Translations under genes and position numbers: made by a program
The notes under the pieces: generated by a model
Told to the model about the DNA's origin: nothing
Database searches by the model: none
The model's input: the letters and a program-made list of their open reading frames with translations, nothing else
Assembly: GCA_965219955.1 (NCBI GenBank)
Contig: OZ244799.1
Location: 4,128,001 to 4,192,000, forward strand
From: a bacterium
GTDB lineage: Bacteria; UBA8248
Length of the DNA: 64,000 nt
Direction: 5' to 3'
Shown here: one piece after another, positions 29,792 through 39,127 of the stretch
Layout of the letters: each line of letters opens with the position of its first letter
Position numbering within the stretch: the stretch's first letter is position 1

Positions 29792-30204
29792 TGGGACCGA
29801 CCAGGCAAAATTGACAAGATTCGCTTGTCATAAATATCATGATGGAAACATTACTTTCATTCCGAATTCCTTTATAAAATCGGACGAAACGTCTTGAGTA
29901 AGGCTATAAACTATACCGGCCCTTTGGAAAATATTCAAAAAACAAGTCAATTTGACAGGGGATATAATCGTGGATTTCGCCAGAAAGCATCGCGCATCCA
30001 TAGAAACACTGAAAACGGAAGAAGACAGAAAGGGATTTTTAATTTTGGCCCAAAAAGAAGATCGGGAGTTTTTCGCCCTTGCAAAGAAAATCGTAGCCGC
30101 TTCAAGAAAATTTTATGGTGTTGAAAAACCGGTCAAAACAAAAAAGAGCGATGTGACGACGGCTGCATAAACCGGGCGCCGTCAACTTTGCCTGATTGGT
30201 CCCA
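29792..30204. mobile_element. AT-rich cassette bounded by 24-bp imperfect inverted repeats
   Basis: Left TGGGACCGACCAGGCAAAATTGAC versus reverse complement of right TGGGACCAATCAGGCAAAGTTGAC: 21/24 matches. Confidence 0.65.
29952..30170 (+). CDS. Small hypothetical protein or gene fragment inside the IR-bounded cassette
   Basis: 72-aa charged, helical-looking ORF; frame open back to about 29910; start uncertain. Confidence 0.4.
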   Translation: MTGDIIVDFARKHRASIETLKTEEDRKGFLILAQKEDREFFALAKKIVAASRKFYGVEKPVKTKKSDVTTAA

Positions 30205-30382
30205 TGTAATTCTCCCTGAATTTCAATCGTGTTTTTCTGCCTCACGCTGCGCCCAATATCCAGCCTTATATACACGCAGGGCTTTTAAGCAGGCAGTCGG
30301 CGTTTTCGCACCGGAATAGTCGATGCCGATATACCGGGAAAACTTCGGCTTGCTCATGCGCAGCGTTCCTTGCGACTAAGAA

Positions 30383-31177
30383 TCAAATCCCTATCATCGC
30401 TTTCGCCTCGTCCACGCTCGCGATCTCGCGGCCCATCTCGCCCGCGATTCTCGCGATGCGCGCGACGTGGTCGGCGTTGTCGCCGAGTTCGCCGGGGTGC
30501 AAGTATGGCTCGTCTTCCGTTCCCACGCGCACGTGGCCGCCGTGCATGACCGCCATCGTCTGCATGTGGATATGGGTGGGGCCGGTGGCGCTCGCGATGT
30601 AGACCGAATCCGCCGGCAGGTTCGAGACGCGGTGTAAGAACTCGCTCAGCGAGGGCGGCGACCACGCTCCGCCCGGACGCCCGAAGAAGCACGTCATGAG
30701 GATCGGCGGCTCCACGAGGCCCTTCTGGAGGAGGTCGTCGATCATCCAGGTCTCGCCAAGTGCGAAGACCTCGAACTCGGGCTTGACGTTGTAGTCCTTG
30801 CACAGCCGCATCATCTCGGCGAGTTCCTCGCGGGGGTGGAGCATCATCACGTCGCGCGCGATGAAGGCCATGTTGTGCGCCCCCACGGCGACGGACATCA
30901 TCTCGGGATGGTTCTTCACCACCTCTTTACGCTGCTCGACCGTCTGGGTGGAGATGCCGTACTGGAGCATGATGCCGCACTTGTCGCGTATGGCCTTGGA
31001 GTGCGACGCCCAGGCCTCGTAGTTCGTGGGCGGCGCGTGGATGTGGGCGGTGGATGCGCCCGCCTCGTAGGCCTTTTCCACCGAGTCGGCGAGGACTTCG
31101 GAATCCGCGAAGCGCTGGGGAACGCCCTCGTGCATCGAGGTGTCCGCCGCGCAGTTGATGATCATCATCTTTTCCAT
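30383..31177 (-). CDS. Beta-keto acid cleavage enzyme (BKACE/DUF849)
   Basis: AGASTAHIH, KPEFEVF and GGHVRVGTED motifs. Confidence 0.9.
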   Translation of the reverse strand: MEKMMIINCAADTSMHEGVPQRFADSEVLADSVEKAYEAGASTAHIHAPPTNYEAWASHSKAIRDKCGIMLQYGISTQTVEQRKEVVKNHPEMMSVAVGAHNMAFIARDVMMLHPREELAEMMRLCKDYNVKPEFEVFALGETWMIDDLLQKGLVEPPILMTCFFGRPGGAWSPPSLSEFLHRVSNLPADSVYIASATGPTHIHMQTMAVMHGGHVRVGTEDEPYLHPGELGDNADHVARIARIAGEMGREIASVDEAKAMIGI

Positions 31178-31308
31178 TTGGTGTTCCTCTCTCGATGCCG
31201 CGCTAATGTACGGGAATGATATGCTTCAGTTGAGGACTCCTTTTTCCTGCTCGGGCTTTTCTCATTCCACTCTTGAGACCAAACCCAAACAGAACGGAGG
31301 AGGCGACC

Positions 31309-31410
31309 CGTAGGGACAACCCTCTGTGGTTGTCCTGCTTCGGACAGGCACGGAGGCCTGTCCCTGCGGCTCCCTCATCGGATTTTTTCAACAACCCCGA
31401 CAAGGGGGAA
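31309..31410. repeat. GTAG-type REP pair plus TTTTTCAACAACCCC end
   Basis: GTAGGGACAACCCTCTGTGGTTGTCC..GGACAGGCACGGAGGCCTGTCCCT between the two BKACE genes. Confidence 0.8.
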
Positions 31411-31439
31411 GCCGGTCAAGGTCATGTCCCCTCTCAAGT

Positions 31440-32252
31440 CTAGGCCATGCCGAGTATTTTCTTCGCCTCGTCCACCGTGGCCGGGTCGCGGCCGAGTTCG
31501 TGGCCGATGCGCGCGATGCGCGCGACCAATTGCGCGTTGTTCTCGCACAGGACGCCCTCGGTGTAGTAGGGCTCATCCTCGGTGCCCACGCGCACGTGCC
31601 CGCCCTCGATGATGGTGACGGTCTCCAGCGCGTTCGAGGTCGGCCCCGCCGAACTGCACGAGAAAACACAGCCCTCGGGCAGGTGATCGATGCGGTGGAG
31701 AAGCTCTTTCAGCGTGGCGGGAGCGTAGAAGCCGCCCGGCCAGCCGAAGAAGATCGTGATGACGACAGGATCCTCCACCAGCCCCTTGTCCAGCAGCCAT
31801 TCGAGGTTCCAAAGATGCCCCAGGTTGAAGCACTCGAACTCGGGCTTCACGCCGTGGTCGTTGAACAGGCGCACCTGGTCCTCTATCTCCTGGCGGGAGT
31901 GCTCGACGAGGAGGTCGGCGTCCACGAAGGCGAAATCATGCGACCCTAAGGCGATGGAGGCCATGTCGGGCTTCAAATGAATGATCTTCTGCCTGCCCGG
32001 CAGGCCCATCGCGGCGATTCCGAACTGGATGAGCACCTCGGGGCAGGCATCGCGGATGGCGTTCGTGAGCGGCTCCCAGCTTTCGAGCTTCATCGGAATG
32101 CCGTGGATGTGGGCGATGGCGGCCCCCGCCTCGTAGCTTTCCCTGACTTCTTTCGCGACGGCGCCGGGCGTCTGGAGCCGCTTGGGGACGCCCGCGTGCT
32201 TCCGGCTGTCCGCCGCGCAGTTGGTGATGATGAGTTTCTCCATACGGTGCAC
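31440..32252 (-). CDS. Beta-keto acid cleavage enzyme (BKACE/DUF849), paralog
   Basis: AGAAIAHIH, KPEFECF and GGHVRVGTED motifs; likely start MEKLIIT at 32243. Confidence 0.9.
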   Translation of the reverse strand: MHRMEKLIITNCAADSRKHAGVPKRLQTPGAVAKEVRESYEAGAAIAHIHGIPMKLESWEPLTNAIRDACPEVLIQFGIAAMGLPGRQKIIHLKPDMASIALGSHDFAFVDADLLVEHSRQEIEDQVRLFNDHGVKPEFECFNLGHLWNLEWLLDKGLVEDPVVITIFFGWPGGFYAPATLKELLHRIDHLPEGCVFSCSSAGPTSNALETVTIIEGGHVRVGTEDEPYYTEGVLCENNAQLVARIARIGHELGRDPATVDEAKKILGMA

Positions 32253-32280
32253 TCCCAGGGCTATTCTTGCGGTGGTTTCT

Positions 32281-33054
32281 CTAATCCAGGGAACCTTCCA
32301 CGTAGAGGAGGTTTCGGATTCTCTGCGTGAGTTCGACGAACATCTCGTCGCCCATGGTGTCGAGCGAGCGCGGGCGCGGGATGTCGACGGTGATGATCTC
32401 CGATATCCGGCCCGGCCTCGGCGTCATGACGATCACCCGGTCGCCCAGGAACACGGCCTCGGGGATGGAGTGGGTGATGAAGAAGACGGTCTTCTTGCTC
32501 TCCAGCCAGATTCGCTGGAGTTCGAGGTTCATCTGTTCGCGCGTCATGGCGTCGAGCGCGCCGAAGGGCTCGTCCATCAGCAGGACGTTCGGGTCGTGGA
32601 TGAGGGCGCGGATGATGGCGTTTCGCTGGCGCATGCCGCCCGAGAGTTCGTGGGGGTACTTGTCCTCGAAGCCGTCCAGGCCCACGAGCTTGATGAGGTC
32701 GTGCGCGCGCGGGAGCGTCTTCTTCGCGTCCAGCCCGAGAATTTCGGCGGGCAGCATGGTGTTCTGGAGCACGTTCCGCCACAGGAGCAGAACCGGGTCC
32801 TGAAACACGATGCCGACGTCGTTGCGCGGGCCGTCGATGGGCGTGTTCTTGAGCGAGCACGTGCCGGACGTCTTGGCGAGCAGGCCGCCCAGGATCTTGA
32901 GCAGCGTGCTCTTGCCGCAGCCGCTCGGCCCGACGACGGAGATGAACTCGCCCTCCGCGATCTCGAAGTTGATCTCCGTCAGGGCGTGCACGATCTCGCG
33001 GCTCGCGGTGACGTATTCCTTCTCCAGGTTCGATACCGAAATATATCCGTTCAT
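32281..33054 (-). CDS. NitT/TauT family ABC transporter ATP-binding protein
   Basis: GPSGCGKST, LSGGMRQR, DEPFGALD and ITHSIPEAV motifs. Confidence 0.93.
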   Translation of the reverse strand: MNGYISVSNLEKEYVTASREIVHALTEINFEIAEGEFISVVGPSGCGKSTLLKILGGLLAKTSGTCSLKNTPIDGPRNDVGIVFQDPVLLLWRNVLQNTMLPAEILGLDAKKTLPRAHDLIKLVGLDGFEDKYPHELSGGMRQRNAIIRALIHDPNVLLMDEPFGALDAMTREQMNLELQRIWLESKKTVFFITHSIPEAVFLGDRVIVMTPRPGRISEIITVDIPRPRSLDTMGDEMFVELTQRIRNLLYVEGSLD

Positions 33055-33120
33055 CTTTCCCCGAAACCCCCGGAGGAGCGGGTTGCTCCGCCGGGGGCCG
33101 TTTCCTTGAGATATTCGCCT

Positions 33121-34041
33121 CTAGGCGCCCATCGTCTTGTCCGTCTCGGGCGCCCAGAAGAGCACTTTTTTCTTCACGAAGCGCACCACCTGGTGCATCC
33201 CCAGACCCATGCACGAGAGGATCACCAGGATGGCGAACGTGCCCGTCGTGTCGCTGCTGAAGCTCATCTGCATGAGCAGAATCCCCAGGCCGCACTGGCC
33301 GCGGCCGCCCCACATGCACTGGCCCGCGCCCACGAACTCGCCCAGAATCGCGCCGAGCAGACTGAACACCACCGCGATCTCAAAGCCCGCGAAGATGAAG
33401 GGCAGGGCGTTCGGGAACTGCATCTTCCAGAACATCTGCCAGCGCGAGGCGGAGAGCGAGCGCATGAGGTCTATCTGGTCCGTCGCGGCGGACTTGAGCC
33501 CCACCATGGTGTTCACCAGAAGCGGGAAGAACGCCACGAGGCCGGCCAGGAATATCTTCGACTTCACCTCGTAGCCGAACCAGATGATGAACAGGGGCGC
33601 GATGGCAAGCTTGGGCAGGGTCTGGAACGCCACCACGTAGGGCATGATGATCGCCTCGACCCATTTCGACTGCATGAAGGCCAAGCCTAAGCCCAGCCCG
33701 ATGAAGCTGCCCATGAAAAAGCCCATGACGGCCTCGAACAGCGTGTGGCTGATGTGGTTGTAAAAGCTCGTCTTCATGAGTCCCATGAAGTCCGCGGCCC
33801 CTCCCACGCCGCTGCCCACGTCATAGAAGAACAGCCCGCGCATGAGCGCCATCGCCACGCCCGAGGGCGCCGGGAAGATGAAGTCGTCCACCTCGAAGTA
33901 GTTCACCGTCCACTCCCAGACGATCAGCAGTATCACGAAGGATATGCCGAACAGGAGATACGGCCTCTGGAGCAGCGTCTCCGAAAGCGAGGGGCCGCCC
34001 GCGCTCCTCGGGGTTTCGTTGTTCTGGTCGGTGGTCGCCAT
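33121..34041 (-). CDS. NitT/TauT family ABC transporter permease
   Basis: PAPS, QTLPKLAIAPLFIIWFG, PNALPFIF and GEFVGA motifs. Confidence 0.92.
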   Translation of the reverse strand: MATTDQNNETPRSAGGPSLSETLLQRPYLLFGISFVILLIVWEWTVNYFEVDDFIFPAPSGVAMALMRGLFFYDVGSGVGGAADFMGLMKTSFYNHISHTLFEAVMGFFMGSFIGLGLGLAFMQSKWVEAIIMPYVVAFQTLPKLAIAPLFIIWFGYEVKSKIFLAGLVAFFPLLVNTMVGLKSAATDQIDLMRSLSASRWQMFWKMQFPNALPFIFAGFEIAVVFSLLGAILGEFVGAGQCMWGGRGQCGLGILLMQMSFSSDTTGTFAILVILSCMGLGMHQVVRFVKKKVLFWAPETDKTMGA

Positions 34042-34053
34042 GTCGCCCGCCTC

Positions 34054-35196
34054 TTACTTCTGCATCTTCATCATCGCCTTGAATTTCTTCAATTCCTTGG
34101 CGAAGTCGAAGTTCTTGGCGCGGTTGATGACCTCGTTGCGGTCGAAGTTGTTGACCTCGTCGATCAACTCGTTCGTGTAGAGCGATTTCACCTGCGCGTC
34201 CGTGAGCTTCTTGTCCAGCCCCACGAACTTCACGTACTCGGCCCACTCGCCGTCGTGGTGCGCGCCGAACTTCTTGATCTTCTCGTCATCGAGCTTCAGC
34301 TTGGGCGCGCGCGCCTTGAGCACCTTGATCATCAAGGCGGTGGCCTTCTCGTCGCTCATGCCCTTGGGCTTCGATTCGGGGTAGAGCACCCAGTGGATCT
34401 TCAGAGCGGCTTCGGGGTTCGTATAGAAGAAGAGGCTCCCCTTGGCCAGGCCGCGCAGGAAGCCCACCACGGTGGCGCGGTTGTCCGCCAGGAACTTCTT
34501 GTTGATCCACACGACGTTGCCGAAGAGGTTCTGCGTCCAGTCCTTCTGGTAGGGGATCATGTCGAACTTGAACCCGCGCGCCTTCGCGAGCGTGTACTGG
34601 ATGTCCACGTTGGCCCAGGCGTCCACGCGGCCGAGCTTCATCGCCGTGGCGGCTTTGGAGACCGGCCCGACGGGAAGGTAGGTCACTTCCTGCTTGTCGG
34701 CGGGGATGCCGCAGGTCTCGAGCGCCTTCCTCACGAAGATGGGGCCGGAATCGCGCTGGCTCATGACGCCGACTTTCTTGCCCTGCAAATCGCAGACGGA
34801 CTTGATGCTGCTGCCCGGGGGCACGGCCACGCCGTCGGCGTAGATGGCGTCTCTGTTCAGGATGTAGACGCCCTTGACGGGGGGCATCTTCTTGCCGCGC
34901 GCGGCGCGGAAGAGGATGGGGATGGGCCTCGGCAGGCCGACGTGCGTGCGGCCCGAGAGCACCCAGCCCATCGCCTGCGCGCCGCCCTGGGCGGCGACGA
35001 ACTGCGCGTCCACGCCGCTTTCCTGGTAGTAGCCCAGGAAATTCCCTATCCAGAGAAACGATATGCCCGGGTTGAACAGCGGGTTCGCCATCGTCACCTT
35101 GATGTTCTTGAGTTTCATGGCGTCGGATGGCGCCGGCGCCGCAATGATGAGCGCGAACAGGGCCGCGACGGCGATGATGAGCCTGAATTTCTTCAT
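34054..35196 (-). CDS. ABC transporter substrate-binding protein (SsuA/THI5-like)
   Basis: Signal peptide, GYYQESGVD, IKSVCDLQGKKVGV; same operon as the NitT/TauT genes. Confidence 0.85.
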   Translation of the reverse strand: MKKFRLIIAVAALFALIIAAPAPSDAMKLKNIKVTMANPLFNPGISFLWIGNFLGYYQESGVDAQFVAAQGGAQAMGWVLSGRTHVGLPRPIPILFRAARGKKMPPVKGVYILNRDAIYADGVAVPPGSSIKSVCDLQGKKVGVMSQRDSGPIFVRKALETCGIPADKQEVTYLPVGPVSKAATAMKLGRVDAWANVDIQYTLAKARGFKFDMIPYQKDWTQNLFGNVVWINKKFLADNRATVVGFLRGLAKGSLFFYTNPEAALKIHWVLYPESKPKGMSDEKATALMIKVLKARAPKLKLDDEKIKKFGAHHDGEWAEYVKFVGLDKKLTDAQVKSLYTNELIDEVNNFDRNEVINRAKNFDFAKELKKFKAMMKMQK

Positions 35197-35242
35197 GATG
35201 GTTCTCCTTCCTGGGAGTTATGAGTCAGCAAGAATCCTCTTC

Positions 35243-36016
35243 CTATTCCTCCACTATCGCGACCGGGCGCACCCACGCGCCGCTCGCGTCCTTCACGTTG
35301 ATCGGGAAACAGCATATCTTGAAGCCGTGCGGCTTGGGGATCGCCCCGATGTTGGTGATCTGCTCGATCTGGAAATACTCGCGCTGCCTGCCGAGAATGT
35401 GGTGGCAGGGCATGAGCGATTCGCGCTTGCCCGCCTTGAACTCGGGAACCTGGAAGCTGAAGGGCCTGTCGAAGCCGAAAGCGTCGATGCCGATGACGCG
35501 CACGCCGCGGTCGAGCAGGTACTCCGTCGCCGGGATGCTCATGCCCGGGTGGAGTTCTGGGTAATCGGGGCTGTCGCGGTGCTCGTCCGTGCCCGTCCAG
35601 AGGAGCACGATGTCGCCTTCTTTTACCTCGTAGTCGATCCTGGCGAGGCACGCCTTGATGTCCTCCTCGCTAATCCAGTCCCCCGTGTTCTTGTGCCGCA
35701 AATCCAGCACCACGCCGTCGCCGTAGCACCACTCGAGCGGGACCTTGTCGATCTTGCGCGAGGGCTCGCCCGCCACGGTGGGGCCGTAGTGCCAGGGGGC
35801 GTCCATGTGGGTGGCCGAGTGGGTGGAGACGGTGACGAACTCCGCCGCTCCGCCCACGCCGTCGTGTAGTTCTTCTATCGGGATGCCCCAGCCCTTGGCC
35901 GAGCGCGCGCCGAACTCTTCATGACCGAGGTAGGTGACCTCGGGCGGGCGCGGCTCGTTCGAGCCGTTCATGATGGGGGTGCTGAGATCGATGAATCGCG
36001 TGGCGCACATGGTCAA
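35243..36016 (-). CDS. Cyclase family metal-dependent hydrolase (kynurenine formamidase-like)
   Basis: IDLS, HSATHMDAPWH, GIDAFGFD and GAWVRPVA motifs. Confidence 0.9.
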   Translation of the reverse strand: MTMCATRFIDLSTPIMNGSNEPRPPEVTYLGHEEFGARSAKGWGIPIEELHDGVGGAAEFVTVSTHSATHMDAPWHYGPTVAGEPSRKIDKVPLEWCYGDGVVLDLRHKNTGDWISEEDIKACLARIDYEVKEGDIVLLWTGTDEHRDSPDYPELHPGMSIPATEYLLDRGVRVIGIDAFGFDRPFSFQVPEFKAGKRESLMPCHHILGRQREYFQIEQITNIGAIPKPHGFKICCFPINVKDASGAWVRPVAIVEE

Positions 36017-36052
36017 TCCTTTGCTGGTTGAAAATCTGATGATCCGGGCCGC

Positions 36053-37288
36053 CTAGACGACCCAGAGTTTTCTCTCCTGCGGGTAGACGGGTTCATACCC
36101 GGTTTCGGTGACGACGACGGTCTTCTCTATCTGGGTTCCGCCCATGCCGAATATCTGGCAGGGGTTTTCGACGCATATCGTGGTGCCCGCCTCGAGCGGG
36201 AAATCGCTCGAATCCGGCAGGAAGGGGCTGCCCTGCGGCGCGGGTTCGGCGAGAACGTAGGGCACTTCGCGCTGCTCGAGACCTATGGCGTGGCCGGCGA
36301 AGTTGCCGTTGTGCTCGGGCAGTCCCGCCGCGCGGGTGGCCGCGAGCAGGGTGCGGTGGATGGTGGAGCCGAGCACGCCCGCCCTGACCTTCGACATCGC
36401 GGCCTCGAAACCCTCCTCAGTCGCCTTCCACAAGTCGAGCTGCGCCCGGGTCGGCTCGCCGAGTACGCCGCCCCAGCCGGTGTCTCCCTGGTAGTTGTTC
36501 AAAACGACGCCGGCGTCGAACTTCCACATCTCGCCCTTGGCGATCTTCTTGTCCGTGGGCGGGAAGATGCCCGTCGCCCGGCGGCCCGAGCAGAAGTGGA
36601 ACCACTGCCACTTGCCGCCCATGCGCCCGACTTCCGCCGCGAAGACGGAAGCCACCTCGCGTTCGGTCGCCCCCTCGGCCACCGCGTTCGAGGCGGCGAT
36701 CCCCGCCTTCTCGTTCACCTCGGCGGCGGCGGCGAGCGCCGCGATCTCGTCGGGCGTCTTGACCATGCGGATGAGCCGGAAGAAATCCGCCGCGTCGACG
36801 ATCTCCGCATCGGGCAGGGCCGCCTCTATCTGCGCGCGCACGTTCGGCATCACGCGCTCCTGATCGAGCGCGAGCCGCGCCTTGGTGAGGCCGCGGTTTT
36901 TGAGCGCGAGCGCAAGAGCCTCTCCCGGGTTCTTGCCGCGTTTTCCGTCGTCGTTGTAGAGGCCGAGGTAGGTTTCTTCTTCGGGCGTCTGCGCCTGTTC
37001 TCCGGGCGGCTGGATGAGCGCGCTCTTGCCGCCGAAGGTGTAGAGGTCCTTGATCCAGGACTGCTGGGCCGAGACGTAGGTGACCTCCTGGCCCGGCACG
37101 ATGAGTGCGGGGGCCGCCCCCTCGTCGCGCGCGAAGACGGCGAGCATGTGGACGGAGTAGGCGTAGACCTTGTTCGACCAGCCCACGGTGCCCGCCAGAT
37201 AGGTGACGTTCTCGGGCGTGGAGGCGATGATGGCGTCGAAGTCGAAATCGGCCATCAGCCCCCGCGCGCGCTCTGCGTTCAGATACAT
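36053..37288 (-). CDS. M24 family (Xaa-Pro peptidase/creatinase-like) hydrolase
   Basis: ENVTYL, RMVKTPDEI, D..YQGD, GHAIGL, E..E pita-bread fold ligands. Confidence 0.88.
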   Translation of the reverse strand: MYLNAERARGLMADFDFDAIIASTPENVTYLAGTVGWSNKVYAYSVHMLAVFARDEGAAPALIVPGQEVTYVSAQQSWIKDLYTFGGKSALIQPPGEQAQTPEEETYLGLYNDDGKRGKNPGEALALALKNRGLTKARLALDQERVMPNVRAQIEAALPDAEIVDAADFFRLIRMVKTPDEIAALAAAAEVNEKAGIAASNAVAEGATEREVASVFAAEVGRMGGKWQWFHFCSGRRATGIFPPTDKKIAKGEMWKFDAGVVLNNYQGDTGWGGVLGEPTRAQLDLWKATEEGFEAAMSKVRAGVLGSTIHRTLLAATRAAGLPEHNGNFAGHAIGLEQREVPYVLAEPAPQGSPFLPDSSDFPLEAGTTICVENPCQIFGMGGTQIEKTVVVTETGYEPVYPQERKLWVV

Positions 37289-37512
37289 TTTGCGTTCCTC
37301 AAAGCTGGGGGATCCGGACAGGGCCGAAATGCCCCATCCGGCCTCGGCGCTCCTGAGCGATCCGCGTTATGTCGATTGCAAGAAGCGTATCAAATCGTCC
37401 CGAGCCTGAAAAGCGAAGCGGGGGTTCGAATGGCGATAATCCGTTCCACATGGTGGGACGGGGAGGGTGTTTGAGAAATTGGAGAGAGAGGTCGAGGCCC
37501 GTCCCCTGCGCC

Positions 37513-38077
37513 CCTCACCCTGGGTAGCGGCCGGAGGTAAAACGCGACTGAGAAGGGGCTGTTGAAAAAGCCTGTTTCGGGATCGGCGGCAAGGAGGTTC
37601 ATGCGGCGCAGACGTGATGGTTTTGTAGGGACAGGCCTCCGTGCCTGTCCTGCTCTTCGTGGTTGTCCTTCGTCAGGACAGGCACGGAGGCCTGTCCCTA
37701 CGGCGAACAATCTCGAAGGTCGGACAGGACTTTTTTAACAAGCCCGAGAAAGAAGTGTTTGTATCGAAGGGGCGCGTCCATCCCTCGATATGGCCCTTCG
37801 GGCTTACTCGGGATGAGGGGGAGGGCGCTCGGCGGCCCCGGTTCGTCATTCCGGCGAAAGCCGGAATCCATTTTCGCCTTCGTCTTTTCGCCTCCTCGTT
37901 CAGAAGTCTTCACGCCCGATCGAGGAGGATCGGAATCGAACACTAAAACGAAAGGCAAAAGATCATTCAATGGATTCCGGCTTTCGCCGGAATGACGGTG
38001 AAAATTCCGGGAAGGGGGTACAGAAAACCGCTACGCGGCTCCCACAAGGGTAGGGACAGGTCGCGGCCTGTCCCTAC
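37513..38077. repeat. Nested repeat cluster including a shortened family A MITE (37844-37997)
   Basis: Family B unit interrupted by a GCTGTTGAAAAA..TTTTTAACAAGCCC unit holding GTAG REPs, then a family A element with perfect IRs. Confidence 0.85.
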
Positions 38078-38108
38078 TATTGAGCGTGCTTATTTTCTGT
38101 GCCGAACC

Positions 38109-39017
38109 CTACACCGGCTGCGCGCCCTGGATCTGGGTGCGGTGCATCAGGCGCGGATGCGTGCCCGCGTGGGGTTCGCGGTAGTGCATGGTGCAGCGGT
38201 TGTCCCACAGCAGCACGTCGCCGAGCCGCCAGACGTGCGCCCAGACGAGCTCATCCCTACAGGCGTGCTCCCAGAGGAAATCGAGAAGCTCCTCGCTCTC
38301 CTGCTCTTCCATGTCGTCGATGTATTGCGACGGATAGGCCCGCCTGCGGCCCAGGTAGAGCGCGCGCCTTCCGGATTCAGGATGCGTGCAGACGAGGGGA
38401 TGGTGCGGTCCGGGCACTTCCGAGGGCTTGGTGGGCAGCTTGACGCCGGGCCTGAGCGTGCCCGCGGAGTTCCGGCTCGCGTCGTGGACGGCGGTCTTGC
38501 CCTCGATTTTCTGTTTCACGTCCTCGGGCAGGGTCTCGTAGGCGGTGTACTGGTTGCTGAAACAGGTGTTCCCGCCCGAGGGGGGCAGCCTCCGTCCGTA
38601 GAGCATGCTGCCCGCTGGCGGTTTCTCGGCGTAGGAATTGTCGTTGTGCCAGACGACCTCGCCTGATCCCAGGCTCTCGTTCTGCTGCACGGGATTGCCG
38701 TCATCATCCAGGTTGTGGACGACGGTGATCTCGGCGTACTTGGCCGCCCAGGTCTGTTCTTTCCCGGCCTTGTCGTAATAGGCCTTGGCGGCGGGCACGA
38801 CGGCCTCGCCGAAGATGCGCGTGGCGTCCAGGTGCTGCTCCTCGGTCATCTCCTGATCCCGGAACAACAAGACGAGGTGCTCCGTCCAGGCGTCGCGCAG
38901 GGCGTCCTTCACCTCATCGGACATGGGCTGCGCCAGGTCGATTCCCCTGATCTCCGCACCCAGGGCGGCGCCCGTCGGCACTACTTCCAGACTGTCGAGT
39001 GTGTTTTTCGTGCTCAT
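38109..39017 (-). CDS. TauD/TfdA family Fe(II)/2-oxoglutarate dioxygenase
   Basis: LGAEIRGIDL, WHNDNSY (HxD), GGNT, HPLVCTHP and WDNRCTMH..R motifs; AGGAG RBS. Confidence 0.94.
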   Translation of the reverse strand: MSTKNTLDSLEVVPTGAALGAEIRGIDLAQPMSDEVKDALRDAWTEHLVLLFRDQEMTEEQHLDATRIFGEAVVPAAKAYYDKAGKEQTWAAKYAEITVVHNLDDDGNPVQQNESLGSGEVVWHNDNSYAEKPPAGSMLYGRRLPPSGGNTCFSNQYTAYETLPEDVKQKIEGKTAVHDASRNSAGTLRPGVKLPTKPSEVPGPHHPLVCTHPESGRRALYLGRRRAYPSQYIDDMEEQESEELLDFLWEHACRDELVWAHVWRLGDVLLWDNRCTMHYREPHAGTHPRLMHRTQIQGAQPV

Positions 39018-39127
39018 TGCGTTGAACTCCTGTCGTTGTAGGTTTCTCTTCTCCGGTAGAGACTCCCCGGAAGATGTGATTGGCCGTTTGCTCCAGTCTA
39101 GTAAAACGGCGCTCCCCTGTAAAGATT

